From an uncultured delta proteobacterium (GTDB lineage Bacteria > Myxococcota_A > Polyangia > Haliangiales > Haliangiaceae), in the NCBI GenBank assembly GCA_963743525.1, contig CAVUQH010000008.1, positions 1 to 64,000 on the forward strand: a stretch of DNA of 64,000 nucleotides, in the 5' to 3' direction. Made by a program: the position numbers and the translations under genes. Of this stretch, positions 21,301 to 31,894 are shown in pieces. How positions within the stretch are numbered: the stretch's first letter is position 1; the number at the start of each line of letters is the position of its first letter. The notes beneath the pieces are model-generated. The model searched no databases. It saw only the letters and a program-made list of their open reading frames with translations, and was not told the origin of the DNA.

Positions 21301-22299
21301 CAGTGGATCACCTTTGGCGCAATCGCCTACCAGGTGATGGACAACCCGCGCACGGTGCTCGCCTACCGCAACGCCTGGCAGCTCGATCCCGACGCCTTCG
21401 ACGCGTCCAACCTCAACTCGTACGCCGGCGTGCTCGACGAGGTCGGCGAATACGACATGTGCGAGCGGGTGGCGCGCCGCCTGCTCGAGGTCGGTGGCGA
21501 CGATCCCATGTGGACCAGCAACGGCTGGAACCACCTCGCCTGCGCCTTCATCGGCCAGGGCCGTCTCGAAGAAGCCCAGGCCAACGCGCGCAAGGCGATC
21601 GAACAGAACACGCTGCCCGACAACGAGCCGGCGTTTGCCGAGACTCTCCGTCGCGCCAGCTCGGGCGAGCCTCCCGCCGTGCCGCCGCCGTTGCCGCCGC
21701 CGGTCCCGCGCCACGACGCGTTCGTGACCCTGGAGGCCGGGGAGATCAAAGAGGTGCTCGCGCGCTTCGCCGGCGATTCGGATCCGGAGGCGCGCCTCGC
21801 CGTCTTGCGCGCGTCGCGCTACCGTTTCGGCTCCGACAACTACGTCGACGTGACCAGGACCGCGATCGAGACCGCCGCCCGGCTGGTGGAGGAGACCAAC
21901 GGCACCGACGTGCCGCTCCTCGCCCTCGCCCGCAGCTTCGCCCTCGACGTGCGCGAACAGGCGGGGTTCCCCGACGACCCGATGCCCGCGCTCGGCGACC
22001 GCACCACCCGCGCGGCGTTCTACCAGGAGTTCCGCGATCGCGGCGGCATCATCGTCGGCGAGCCGCCCGTGCAGGATCCGCCGTTCGTCGACCGCGAGGT
22101 CTGCCCCGGCACCGCCGCGCCGATGGCCAGCGACTACGTCCGCCTGTTGCGGGCGCTGGCCGCCCAGCGCCCGGCCGACGCGCTGGCCAGCTGCGGCGTC
22201 GACGAGGCCGGCTTCGTTGCCGCCTCCGAGGCCTGGGGCCAGGCCTTGCGCCGCGACGCCGAGCTCCGCACCCTGCTGGCCATCGGCCTGCGCTCGTGA
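18333..22299 (+). CDS. Large TPR-containing protein; frameshift near 18600
   Basis: Start overlaps the upstream stop; N-terminus MVSLPHRIAFLRPE joins the 18574 frame; TPRs LALDPKNGEGHRNFGIAY and WNHLACAFIGQGRLEEA. Confidence 0.78.
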
Positions 22300-22330
22300 G
22301 CCAGACGATGCAGTCGGGTGCGGACACCGA

Positions 22331-22774
22331 TCAGCGGTACGGTGACTCGGTGGCGACGTCGAACAGCTCGGTGCCGTACTTGTCACCGATGGGAATGGAC
22401 GCGGCGTCGCGGGCGTACAGCTCGGTGTAGCCGCACTTCCGGCAGACGTAGGCCTCGAACACGCCGATCGGCTGAGTGGGGTCGGGGCTCTCGATCGCAC
22501 GACCGGCCCAGAAGGTGTGCTGGACGTCGCTGGCGAACGTCGCCGACAGCGGCGCGACGTAGGCCACGGATACATCCCCACCGCGCGCCGCCCGTTCGCG
22601 CAGGACGTGGCAGCGAACGAGCGAGGTGTGGTTGCAGCGCTGACAGGGGATGCGTGGGCGCAACGGCTCCGTTCGTCCGGGCAGCGCGAAGCGCTCGTGG
22701 CAGTCGATGCACATGCCCATGTTGGACAGCTGGTTGTCGAGGAAATCCTGGTTGCACATCGGACAGTTGGGCAT
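22331..22774 (-). CDS. Zinc-finger hypothetical protein
   Basis: CPMC, CIDC, CQRC, YVCRKCGYTELY. Confidence 0.8.
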   Translation of the reverse strand: MPNCPMCNQDFLDNQLSNMGMCIDCHERFALPGRTEPLRPRIPCQRCNHTSLVRCHVLRERAARGGDVSVAYVAPLSATFASDVQHTFWAGRAIESPDPTQPIGVFEAYVCRKCGYTELYARDAASIPIGDKYGTELFDVATESPYR

Positions 22775-22792
22775 GGACCCAACTATCCCACG

Positions 22793-23458
22793 TCAGCCGA
22801 GCTGCCAGAAGGCGCCGGTCAAGCCGAGACGCCCGAGGATCTCCTGGGTGTCGTCGCGCGATCGCGGGCGCCAGTCGGGGGCGAGGTAGTTGCCGAACCA
22901 GGCCTGGCCGAGCGCCCATGCGGTCGGCAGGTCGATGGCGGCGCCGCGCGCGCGATCGCCGGCGTCCAGCCAGCGCTGCAGATGGTCTTCCGCCCGGAAG
23001 AACAGGATGGTGTTTCAGGTGAAGAAGATGTCTTCCCACCACGCGGCCGCGGGGATGGCGAAGTGCAGCAGGCCGTCGGTGCGCTCGAGCTGCCCGGATG
23101 ACAGCAACAGCTCGAGCGGCTCGGCGCAGTCGCCGCAGGTGGCGGTGATCCGGCCGTCGCCGCCGAACATGGCCGCCAGTCCAAACGTGTCCCACGCGCA
23201 GTTGCCGTAGTAGGTGGCGTCGCCGCTGTGGAACTGAAATCGCGTCGGCTGGGCGCAGAACGGCAGCGCCTTGGCGATGGTCACACCGTCGGCGGCGAGG
23301 ACCAGGGCGCGCTCGTCGGCCAGGCGGCGGAACGCCTGCCGGACCGCGGTCTCTCTGTCGTCGAGCTGTGCCGCCAGCTGGCCGGCCGTCGGCGCGCTGC
23401 CGTGACGCGCGAACCAGTCGTAGACGGCCCGGCGAATGCGGAGGTCGGCATCGGTCAC
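22793..23458 (-). CDS. merB: MerB/alkylmercury lyase family protein, probable selenoprotein (TGA at 23015-23017)
   Basis: N-terminal HTH, PFCAQPT, YGNCAWDTFG, CGDC, WWEDIFFT-TGA-NTILFFRAEDH; the frame stays open for 73 more codons of family-like sequence (AW..YLAPDWRP..GLTGAFW). Confidence 0.85.
22986..23001 (-). other. Candidate bacterial SECIS element
   Basis: TCTTCC-GGGC-GGAAGA hairpin; the G-initiated loop starts after 19 nt downstream of the TGA. Confidence 0.65.
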
Positions 23459-23533
23459 CGCGGCGATGATATCCCACGCAGGCGCTCGTGTGCGCCGTGC
23501 GATGAGCCAGACAAGGGGAGCATAATCCCCAGC

Positions 23534-23905
23534 ATGTCGGAGCAAGCGAATCCCTATCGCGTCGGCCTCGAAGAGACCGGCCTCATCATCGTCACCACCG
23601 GACCCGAGGTCAGTGGTCACTCGATCCACAAGTACCTCGGCATCGTCCGCGGCATCACGGTCCGGACCACCAGCTTCGGCAAGGGGTTCATCGGCGGCTT
23701 CAAGTCGCTGGCCGGCGGTCACATCAAGGAGTACTCGGAGGTGTGCGAAGCAGCGCGGCACGAGGCGTACACGCTGATGGTGCAGCACGCCGAGGAGATG
23801 GGCGCCAACGCCATCGTCGGTATGCGCTACGACGCGACCGAGTTCATGGGCGGCGCGACCGAGGTTCTCGCCTACGGCACCGCGGTACACGTCGTCGCCG
23901 ACTGA
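23534..23905 (+). CDS. YbjQ/UPF0145 family protein
   Basis: YLGIVRG, GGHIKEY, AEEMGANAIVGMRYD, EVLAYGTAV. Confidence 0.93.
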   Translation: MSEQANPYRVGLEETGLIIVTTGPEVSGHSIHKYLGIVRGITVRTTSFGKGFIGGFKSLAGGHIKEYSEVCEAARHEAYTLMVQHAEEMGANAIVGMRYDATEFMGGATEVLAYGTAVHVVAD

Positions 23906-23908
23906 GTC

Positions 23909-25160
23909 TCAGACCGCCAGCATCGAGCCGCCGCAGAACGGGCAGACGATTCGCCGGTGCGGCGCGACCTCCAGGTGTCCGCCGCACGCGGGACAGACGT
24001 CGCGGATCGCCTCGGCGTGCAGGCTGATCAGTGCGTCGTGCTTGGGGTCGCGATAGAGCGGCAGCTCGCGGACGTGCGCCAGCTGTTGCAGCACGGCGTC
24101 GAGATGGAAACGCGAGACGCCGAGGTGCGCCGCCAGGTCGTCGAGGCCGATGCGGCCCTGGTTGGCCGTCGCGGTCACGATCTCGGCGGCGATGGCGCGG
24201 TCGTAGGCGAGCATGCCGGGACGGAACCGCTTGAACCGTGCCTCGTACCAGTACCAGGCGACGCCCGCGAACATGAACGCGATGCCGACGGTCATCAGCG
24301 ACAGCCCGATCAGCCCGATGCCCATGATCGCCTTGACGCCGATGAGCTGACCGAAGTCTGCGATCACACCGCTGCCGAACATGATGCCGAAGCCGATCCA
24401 GGCGGTATGGCGCCTCTTCTGGTACTCGGGTGAGTTGTTCTTCAGGAACCAGCGCCACAGCGCGCGCCGCGAATAGGCCGGCGCGTTGTCGTCGAGCTGG
24501 AGTCGTGACCGGGCATCGTCGAGCGCCTTGGGTCGCGCCGGCAGCTCGTCGAAGCGCTCCTCGCCACAGTTCTCGCACTTGCGGTAGCCGGGACTGATCG
24601 AGCGCAGCACGCCGCCACAGCTGGGACAGACGGCGGGCGGACCTTCGGCCCGCGGGCGAAGCGTTCCGCTGCTGGTCGACGATCAAACCGTCATCGGCGG
24701 CGGCGACCTCGAGCAGCACTCCGCGGCCGCCCTTGCCGTCGGGCGGCGGCACGCGACCGTCGCGGAGCAGTCGATCTTCCACCCGGCGCCGCTGGATCCA
24801 GTCGGCGATCACGAACGGCAGCCCCAGCGCGGCGAACGGCACGAACACCATGGCGATCGAGCCCGCCATCCCCACCGCGATCATGTCGAGACACAGGCTG
24901 CCCAGGCCGCACAGCGCCAGACTGAGGAGAATGCCGCTGTTGTCGAACGCGTCGCGCACGTGGCGGTGGCGGTCGTAGTGCTCGGTCAGCAACATCACCG
25001 CCAGCGCGAGGGCGCCGGGCAGGACGAACACCAATAGCTGCCCGGCATCGGCCACGAACCGGCGCCGGCCGAGCGCCTGGGAGATGCGGATCCGGGTCAC
25101 GGCGGCGCGCGCCCGCGCCACCTCGTCTGGGTCCGGAGACTGCACGGCCGAGGCAGACAA
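23909..25160 (-). CDS. Membrane protein with zinc ribbons; probable frameshift near 24670
   Basis: TM-rich N-terminal part in the 25160 frame; CPSCGG..CENCG, TM segments and CPACG/CPFCG in the 23909 frame, which is open upstream to about 24683. Confidence 0.6.
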
Positions 25161-25260
25161 CCACCTCGATGATATCAGGTGCGCCCGCGGCGCCCAAGGC
25201 TCGCGCCGCGAGGATGGCTCGGCGACCTGGCCGGTCGATCACGGCGACTCGGTGGAGTCG

Positions 25261-26010
25261 TCAGTACTGCACGTTGACACTGGCGACGGCGTAGTGGAGC
25301 CAGGCAAACGAGTAGACCTCGTCGTTGTCGGCGCCACCTTCCAGCGTGCGGTAGCCGAGGCGGAGCTGGACGTCGTCGCGCATCGCCCAGGTGGCGGCAA
25401 GCAGCACGTCCTCGGCGCGGCCCTGGGGCGCGGCCAAGGCATCGGCGTCGAACAGCAGCCCGAACCGACTGTTTCGCGGTTTCCACTCCATGTGGAGGTT
25501 GACGAGGGGAACGAAGCCGACGTTGGTCTTCCGCCCCGCCATCTCCCCGTAGAGGCTGGTCTCGGCGCTGCGAATCTTGCCGGTGAGCCCGGCCGCGACC
25601 TCGAGGTCGTCGCGGTGGACGAAGCTGTAGCGATAGGTGAGACGGTACGAGTCGAAGCGATAGACCGCGAGGATCGGGCTGCCGGCCGGGAGCATGGCGT
25701 CTTCGAACCGGATGTCGCGATCCACGCTGCCGCGCGCGGTGAGGCGAAGGGGAGCGTACAGCGCGGTCACCACGTGGCGATCACCGAGGCGCAGGCCTGC
25801 GCGCAGTCGGAACACAGGCGTTGGATCGGTGGACAGATCGTCGGTCAACGACAGGGTGCTGCCGGTATCTCCGGGGCTCCGCGTGTCGTTGCGCGCGGAG
25901 AAGACCACGCCGGTTTCGATCTCGACGTTGCCTTCGCCAGCGGTCGCGACCGAGGGGCCGCCGACCAGCAACGCGAGCCCGGCGAGCAATGCGAGACGCA
26001 GGGAGGTCAT
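25261..26010 (-). CDS. Outer-membrane beta-barrel protein
   Basis: Signal peptide, alternating beta pattern, YRFDSYRLTYRY, GYRTLEGGADN, terminal aromatic residue. Confidence 0.8.
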   Translation of the reverse strand: MTSLRLALLAGLALLVGGPSVATAGEGNVEIETGVVFSARNDTRSPGDTGSTLSLTDDLSTDPTPVFRLRAGLRLGDRHVVTALYAPLRLTARGSVDRDIRFEDAMLPAGSPILAVYRFDSYRLTYRYSFVHRDDLEVAAGLTGKIRSAETSLYGEMAGRKTNVGFVPLVNLHMEWKPRNSRFGLLFDADALAAPQGRAEDVLLAATWAMRDDVQLRLGYRTLEGGADNDEVYSFAWLHYAVASVNVQY

Positions 26011-26930
26011 GCCGCCTCCGCGGGTGCGGCCGGCTCGGCCAACAGCGCGGCGAGCGCGGCGTCCAGCTGTGGATAGGTGAAGGAGTAGCCCGACCGCTGA
26101 GCCACGTGCGGAAGCACGCGCTGGGAGCTGAGCAAGACCCCGCTCATGCGGCCGAACATCAGCCGCAGGCCGGCCCTGGGGATCGGCAGGAACGCGGGCC
26201 GGTGAACGGCGTGGCCGAGCGCCCTGGTGAAGACCGCGTTCGTCGCCGGCGTCGGCGACACCGCGTTCATCGGCCCTTCGATCATGGGCGTTCTGCTCGC
26301 GTGCAACAGCAGGCCGACCAGATCGTCGAGGTGAATCCACGACATCCACTGTCGGCCGGAGCCGAGGCGACCGCCGACGCCGAGCTTGAACGGCGTCATC
26401 ATCCGGTCGAGGGCGCCGCCGCGGGTGGACAGGACGATGCCGATGCGCGCGCAGACGACGCGGATGCCGAGCTCGGTCGCGGCCATGGCTTCGCGTTCCC
26501 AGTCGGCACAGACCTCGGCGAGGAACCCGGTTCCCGCCGGTGAGCGCTCGTCGAGATAGTCGTCGCCGCGATCGCCGTAGATGCCGATCGCCGAGGCGGC
26601 GACGAGCACGCGCGGGCGCACGGCCATGCGCGACATGCCTTCGACCAGGTTGCGCGTACCGATGACGCGACTGTCGCGAATTGCCTGCTTCTTGGTCTCG
26701 GACCAGCGGCCATCGGCGACCGGCTCGCCGGCGAGGTGAAACACGAGCTCCGCGTCGCGCAGCGCTTCGGCCGGCGGCGGGCCGGTGAGCGGGTCCCACG
26801 CGTGGGCATCGACCTGGCCGAGCGCGTCGGTCGCGCTCGCCGGATCGCGCGAGAGCACGGTGGGGCGCTCCAGACCCTGGACGAGTTGCGTGCCGACCAG
26901 ACCGGTAGCACCTGTTACGAGTGTCTTCAT
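26007..26930 (-). CDS. TIGR01777 family NAD-dependent oxidoreductase/epimerase (YfcH-like)
   Basis: TGATGLVG, HLAGEPV, SASAIG-like segment, GSGRQWMSWIHLDD, SQRVLP. Confidence 0.93.
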   Translation of the reverse strand: MKTLVTGATGLVGTQLVQGLERPTVLSRDPASATDALGQVDAHAWDPLTGPPPAEALRDAELVFHLAGEPVADGRWSETKKQAIRDSRVIGTRNLVEGMSRMAVRPRVLVAASAIGIYGDRGDDYLDERSPAGTGFLAEVCADWEREAMAATELGIRVVCARIGIVLSTRGGALDRMMTPFKLGVGGRLGSGRQWMSWIHLDDLVGLLLHASRTPMIEGPMNAVSPTPATNAVFTRALGHAVHRPAFLPIPRAGLRLMFGRMSGVLLSSQRVLPHVAQRSGYSFTYPQLDAALAALLAEPAAPAEAA

Positions 26931-26968
26931 GGGGCTCTTCTCCTGCGGAATCGACGGGGAAGGGAGGA

Positions 26969-26999
26969 AGAGGCCCGGCGAACGGGCCGCCGGGCCTCT
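26969..26999 (-). terminator. Intra-operon hairpin
   Basis: AGAGGCCCGGCG-N7-CGCCGGGCCTCT, 12-bp stem after the fasciclin gene. Confidence 0.55.
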
Positions 27000-27017
27000 C
27001 CGGGGGGACACGGCGCG

Positions 27018-27551
27018 CTACTGGGGGATGAGCACGGTGTCGATCACGTGAATGACGCCGTTGGACGCCACGATGTCGGTGGCGACGACGCCGGCATCGC
27101 CGACGCGCACGCCGTTCGACGTGTCGATCGGAATCGACTGACCTTGCAGGGTCGTGGCCGAGTCGATGCCCGCGACGTCGGCGGCCATCACCTTGCCGGG
27201 CACGACGTGGTAGGTGAGGATCTGGGTGAGCTTTTCCTTGTCGGCGAGCAGGGCGTCGACGGTGCCTGCGGGCAGCTTGGCGAACGCGGCGTTGGTCGGC
27301 GCGAACACCGTGAACGGGCCGTCACCCTTGAGCGCGTTGACCAGGCCGGCCGCCTTGATCGCCGCGACCAGCGTGGTGAAGTCGGAGTTGCCGGCGGCAA
27401 TCTCCACGATGTCCTGAGACGCCGTGTCGGCGGGGATGGCCTCGGCGGCGACGGGGGCCGGCTCGGCGCTGGTGTTGGCGGGCGTCTGCGCCCCGCCGCA
27501 GGCAGCGGCGAACAAGAACAGGATCACGGACGGAATGGCGAGGGTCTTCAT
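27018..27551 (-). CDS. Fasciclin (FAS1) domain lipoprotein
   Basis: Lipobox [33 protein letters not shown]. Confidence 0.95.
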   Translation of the reverse strand: MKTLAIPSVILFLFAAACGGAQTPANTSAEPAPVAAEAIPADTASQDIVEIAAGNSDFTTLVAAIKAAGLVNALKGDGPFTVFAPTNAAFAKLPAGTVDALLADKEKLTQILTYHVVPGKVMAADVAGIDSATTLQGQSIPIDTSNGVRVGDAGVVATDIVASNGVIHVIDTVLIPQ

Positions 27552-27612
27552 GGTCGTTCCTTTTGGATGGTTGCGGGTTGTTCGATCGTTGGCGGTCGAT
27601 TGGTTTCGTCGG

Positions 27613-28515
27613 CTAGTTGGACGGGATGAGGACGCCGTCGATGACGTGGGCGACCCCGTTGGAGGCGGCGATGTCGGTGCGCACGACGCCGACCTTGCCG
27701 TTCAGGACCACACCGCCATCGACGACGTCGATCGCGATGTCGGAGCCCTGGAGCGTCGGCGCCTCGGACAGCGTCACGACCTGCGCGGCGTTCACGGTGG
27801 ATCCGACGACGTGATAGAGCAGCACGTTGGTCAACTGCTCCGCCGACAGCGTGCTCAGGTCGATCCCGAGGGCTGCAAACGCGTCGTTGGTGGGAGCGAA
27901 CAGCGTGAAGCCGCTGCCGCCGTTGTCTCCGGACAGGGCATCGACCAGGGAGGCGTCGGCGACGGCGCCGACGAGCGTGTCGAACGTCGGGTAGGCGACG
28001 GCCAGGTTGACCAGCGTCCCGGGGAACGCCATGTCCGGCGGCAGCATCACCGAGTCGATGACGTGGATGACCCCGTTGTCGGCGACCACATCGGTGGCGG
28101 TGACGCGGGTGATGCCGTTCAGGGTCACGCCGCCGCCGTTGGCGACGATCGAGACGTCGCTGCCCTCGACGGTCTGGGCGCTGCTGAGCGCGGCCACGTC
28201 GGCGGCGTGCGCGTCACCGGGGATGACGTGGTAGAGGAGGATCTCGCGGAGAGTTGCGTCGTCGATCTGGTCGAGCAGACCGGCCGGCAGTCGGGCAAAC
28301 GCGTCGTCGGTCGGCGCCAGGACCGTGAACGGGCCGTCTTCGCGCAGGGTCACATCGAGGCCGGTGCGCTGGAGCGCGGACGCAAGGATGGTGAAGTTGC
28401 CGTCGGCGACCGCGACATCGACAACCGTGTTGCTGTCTTCGTCATCGGTGCAGCCAATGCTGGTCAGGGCGAGTGTGCCGGTGAGCATCAGGGGCAGTGC
28501 GAGTCGCAGAGTCAT
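27613..28515 (-). CDS. Double fasciclin domain lipoprotein
   Basis: Lipobox SIGC; two copies of APT.DAF, LLYHV, NGV.HVID. Confidence 0.93.
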   Translation of the reverse strand: MTLRLALPLMLTGTLALTSIGCTDDEDSNTVVDVAVADGNFTILASALQRTGLDVTLREDGPFTVLAPTDDAFARLPAGLLDQIDDATLREILLYHVIPGDAHAADVAALSSAQTVEGSDVSIVANGGGVTLNGITRVTATDVVADNGVIHVIDSVMLPPDMAFPGTLVNLAVAYPTFDTLVGAVADASLVDALSGDNGGSGFTLFAPTNDAFAALGIDLSTLSAEQLTNVLLYHVVGSTVNAAQVVTLSEAPTLQGSDIAIDVVDGGVVLNGKVGVVRTDIAASNGVAHVIDGVLIPSN

Positions 28516-28543
28516 GGTTCGGTCCTTTGGTCTCGGAGTTAGA

Positions 28544-28625
28544 AAAACGTCCAAATCGTTCAGTCGTGAGCACAACCTAGGGGTCGCTTCGTCGGCTTGT
28601 CGAGGAAAAAACGACCAAAACGACC
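28544..28625. repeat. Two pairs of 9-bp direct repeats in the divergent promoter region
   Basis: AAAACGTCC-AAATCGTTC (28544-28561) and AAAACGACC-AAAACGACC (28608-28625). Confidence 0.55.
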
Positions 28626-28701
28626 ATTCGGAGTGGCAGTTAATCAGCCAGAGCTGGCATACTGGCGGAACAAATTCGGTAGTAACCCGTGGAAACTCTG
28701 G

Positions 28702-29623
28702 ATGAATCAGATGGATCCAAAAATCGCTCAAAACGCCCATCGGAGCTCGAATCGAGATCTCTCTCCCCGACAGGTGGCGGAGGCGATCGGCGTGAGTGCC
28801 TCGTCGCTCAAGCGCTGGTGCGATCGCGGTGACCTGGAAACCACCAAGACGGCCGGCGGCCACCGGCGGATCCCGCTGGCGGCCGTCGTGCGATTTCTCC
28901 GCGAGCGAGGCTACGACGCGAAGCGCCCGGATTTGCTCGGGCTCCCGGCCGGGGCGAAGCTCGACGCGCGCAGCACCGACGAGGTGATGCCACAGGTGGT
29001 GGACGCCCTGGTCGAGGGCGACGAAGCGCGCCTGGTGGCGCTGTTCACCGGGCTGTATCTGGCCAGGCGGAGCCTGGCGTCGATCTCGGACGAGTTTCTG
29101 CAGCCGGCGTTCGAGGAGATCGGCAGGCGGTGGGAGACGGGCGAGCTCGAGGTCTACCGCGAGCACCGCGCCGTGGTCGTGGCGCGGAACGCGCTGGGGC
29201 AGCTGCGGGCGCTCATGCCCGCGGCCCGACCCGGCGCGCCGTTGGCGGTCAGCGCGACCCTGTCCGGGGATCCGTATCTCTTGCCCATCTCGATCATCGA
29301 GCTGGTGCTGCGCGAGGTCGGCTGGCGTGTCGATCGTGTTGGGGCCCAATCACCCGCGCGAGACGCTGTGCGCCGCGCTTCGCGAGCTGCGACCGCGACT
29401 GGTTTGTATCAACGTCAGCTTCATTCCCGACCGCGAGCAGCTCCACGCGGACGTCGCCGCGATCTATTCGGTCGCGTCACAGCTGGGCACCGCCGTCGCG
29501 ATCGGCGGTGGGCGCATCGACGACGAGCTGCGCCGGGGACTGTCGTGCACCGCTCACTGCGCATCCATGGCTGAGCTGGCCAGCCTCGCTCGCGGGCTGG
29601 AGCCGATGGCGAATGACGCGTGA
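28702..29623 (+). CDS. MerR-type HTH plus B12-binding-like regulator (CarH/LitR-like); frameshift near 29330
   Basis: LSPRQVAEAIGVSASSLKRW..TAGGHRR; W-x9-EH (WETGELEVYREH); Rossmann part LGPNHP..INVS..IGG in the next frame. Confidence 0.85.
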
Positions 29624-29683
29624 CGTCATGGCCGCCGCAGACTGTTCGTTGACGAAGCGCTGACGGCGGTGTATCGACAGCGA

Positions 29684-30115
29684 ATGGAGATTCGCCCGAT
29701 CGCGATTAGCGACTTCGATCGTCTGACCAAGATCTTCGTGCGCGCGTACTCGAGCGACTGGAGTGAAGACGTGGCCCGGCGCTACCTGGTCAAGTTCTTC
29801 CATTTCGAGCCGGAGAGCTGCCTGGCGGCGATCAAGGACGGCAAGATCGTCGGCGGCATCCTCGGCTACTCCTACCTGCGGCAGGATCACCTGGTGATGT
29901 TCATCCAGGAGCTGTTCGTCGATCCGGACTACCGCAAGGACGGCTGTGGCACCGCGCTGGTCAAGGCGCTGCGCCGGTCGTTCTCGTCGAGCAAGGCGGT
30001 CGAGGTGACCCCGATGGTCAAGGGCGACACCCAGGTGCTGAACTTCTACAACAGCCTGGGCTTCGAGCAGCCGACGTCGATCGCGTTCATCGCCGACATC
30101 GACGACGACGAGTAG
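29684..30115 (+). CDS. GNAT family N-acetyltransferase
   Basis: IQELFVDPDYRKDGCGTAL, FYNSLGF. Confidence 0.9.
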   Translation: MEIRPIAISDFDRLTKIFVRAYSSDWSEDVARRYLVKFFHFEPESCLAAIKDGKIVGGILGYSYLRQDHLVMFIQELFVDPDYRKDGCGTALVKALRRSFSSSKAVEVTPMVKGDTQVLNFYNSLGFEQPTSIAFIADIDDDE

Positions 30116-30122
30116 CGCGCCG

Positions 30123-31835
30123 CTACGACAGCGCCAGGCGCTTGACCACGTCCGATAGCGCCAGCACGCCGACCGGACGGCGTTTGCCCGCGCTGTCGTT
30201 GACGACCAGCAGGCGGTGGATGCGCTGGCGGGTCATCAACGTGACGGCGTCCGACAGCAGGCCATCGGGCCGGCAGACGATGACGTCCGGCGTCATGATC
30301 GAGCCGGCAGTCAGCCCGGCCAGGTGATCGGCGCTGCGTCCCTGGCGGGCCAACACCAGGTCGGTCTCGGAGACGACGCCGATCGCGATCTCTTCCTTGA
30401 CCACGACCACAGCGTGAATCCGCTCCTCGACCAGCTGTCGGGCGATGTTGACCAGGCTGGCGTCGGGGCTGCAGGTGATCACCTTCTCTGTCATCACCTC
30501 GCGCACCAGGGTGCCGTCGTCGACCACGTCCTCGCCGTCGGGCTCGCGGTGCGGCGGCTTGTAGGTGACCTCGGGCGCGTCGCTGCTCTGGGTCGGCGTG
30601 TCGACCGACTCGACCGCGGTGGCGCCGACCAGCACCGACATGTTGCCGTGCGGGTGTTTGTTCTCGTACATCAGCTGGTGGCTGGTGGGGATGCCGTCCC
30701 AGCCGAACACCTGGCTGGTGCACGGGTCGACCTGGCCGGCCAGAACCAGCTCGTTGAACGCCCGCGCGTGCTCGTCGTTGGCGAAGTGCGAGCCCTGCAG
30801 GCGCTTCTGCCGCATCCACAGGTAGCGCAGATCGACGGTGGCGTTGTAGCCGGTGGTCCCGGCGCAGATCACCACCATGCCGCCGGTGTCGCAGACGAAG
30901 ATGCTGGTGGGAATGGTGCTCTCGCCCGGGTGCTCGAAGACGATGCGCGGGCTGCGGCGCTCGCCGAGCACCTGCCAGAACGCCTTGCCGAACGCCTTGG
31001 CTCCCTTGAGCCACGCGCCGTAGCCGGCTTCGTCCTTCCAGTGCGGCAGCATGCCCCAGTGGTCGAAGTTCTTGCGGTTGATGCAGCCCCTGGCGCCCAG
31101 GTTCTCGCAGTACTCGAACTTCTCGTCGGAGCTGACGACCGCGATCGGCGTCGCGTCCAGCGCGCGGCAGATCTGGATCGCCATCGAGCCGAGCCCGCCG
31201 GCGCCGCCCCAGACCAGGACCGGATCGCCGGGGCGAACGGCGTGATGACCCCAGCCCATGAGCATGCGATAGGCGGTGGCGCCGACCAGCATGTACGACG
31301 CCGACGATGCCCACGACAGGTGCTTGGGTCGCGGCAGGCACTGGTGCGCCTGGACCTTGGTGAACTGGGCGAAGCTGCCGTAGTTGGTCTCGTAGCCCCA
31401 GATGCGGAAGGTCGGCGAATACATCGGATCGCCGCCGGCGCGGACCTGCGGGCAGTCGCTGCTCCAGCTTCCGCAGTGCACGACGACCTCGTCACCCACC
31501 TTCAGAGTGGTGACGTTCTTGCCGACCTTGTAGACGATACCCGATGCGTCGGAGCCACCGATGTGGAACTCCTCGGGCTCACCGGCCTTGTTGCGCGCGG
31601 CGATGACGTTGACCGGGACCCCGAGCGCCGCCCAGACGTTGTTGTAGTTGACCCCGGCGGCCATGACGTAGACGAGGACTTCGTCGTCGGCGATCGGCGG
31701 AACGTCGACCACTTCCTGTTGGAACGCGACCTTCGGCTCGCCAAAACGTTCCGGACGAATCAGCCAGGCGTGCATCTTGTCGGGAACCGTGCCCAGAGGT
31801 GGTCGTTCGTCGATGTCGTAGAGTGGCTTGCTCAC
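30123..31835 (-). CDS. ccrA: Crotonyl-CoA carboxylase/reductase with C-terminal CBS pair
   Basis: [54 protein letters not shown]; then VREVM..IHAVVV..SETDL and IMT..IHRLLV..LSDV. Confidence 0.95.
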   Translation of the reverse strand: MSKPLYDIDERPPLGTVPDKMHAWLIRPERFGEPKVAFQQEVVDVPPIADDEVLVYVMAAGVNYNNVWAALGVPVNVIAARNKAGEPEEFHIGGSDASGIVYKVGKNVTTLKVGDEVVVHCGSWSSDCPQVRAGGDPMYSPTFRIWGYETNYGSFAQFTKVQAHQCLPRPKHLSWASSASYMLVGATAYRMLMGWGHHAVRPGDPVLVWGGAGGLGSMAIQICRALDATPIAVVSSDEKFEYCENLGARGCINRKNFDHWGMLPHWKDEAGYGAWLKGAKAFGKAFWQVLGERRSPRIVFEHPGESTIPTSIFVCDTGGMVVICAGTTGYNATVDLRYLWMRQKRLQGSHFANDEHARAFNELVLAGQVDPCTSQVFGWDGIPTSHQLMYENKHPHGNMSVLVGATAVESVDTPTQSSDAPEVTYKPPHREPDGEDVVDDGTLVREVMTEKVITCSPDASLVNIARQLVEERIHAVVVVKEEIAIGVVSETDLVLARQGRSADHLAGLTAGSIMTPDVIVCRPDGLLSDAVTLMTRQRIHRLLVVNDSAGKRRPVGVLALSDVVKRLALS

Positions 31836-31894
31836 CGGTGGTCCTCTTCCTGCGTCTCGTCAGCGAACGCGATGTAAGTAAAGCACACCCAATC

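Noticed and set aside
24683..24694. ATG-ACG-GTT-TGA as a third Sec readthrough
   Set aside because: No Cys-motif context; a single indel joining the 25160 and 23909 frames explains it better.
30123..31835. Polyketide cluster around ccr
   Set aside because: No PKS/NRPS genes in the window.
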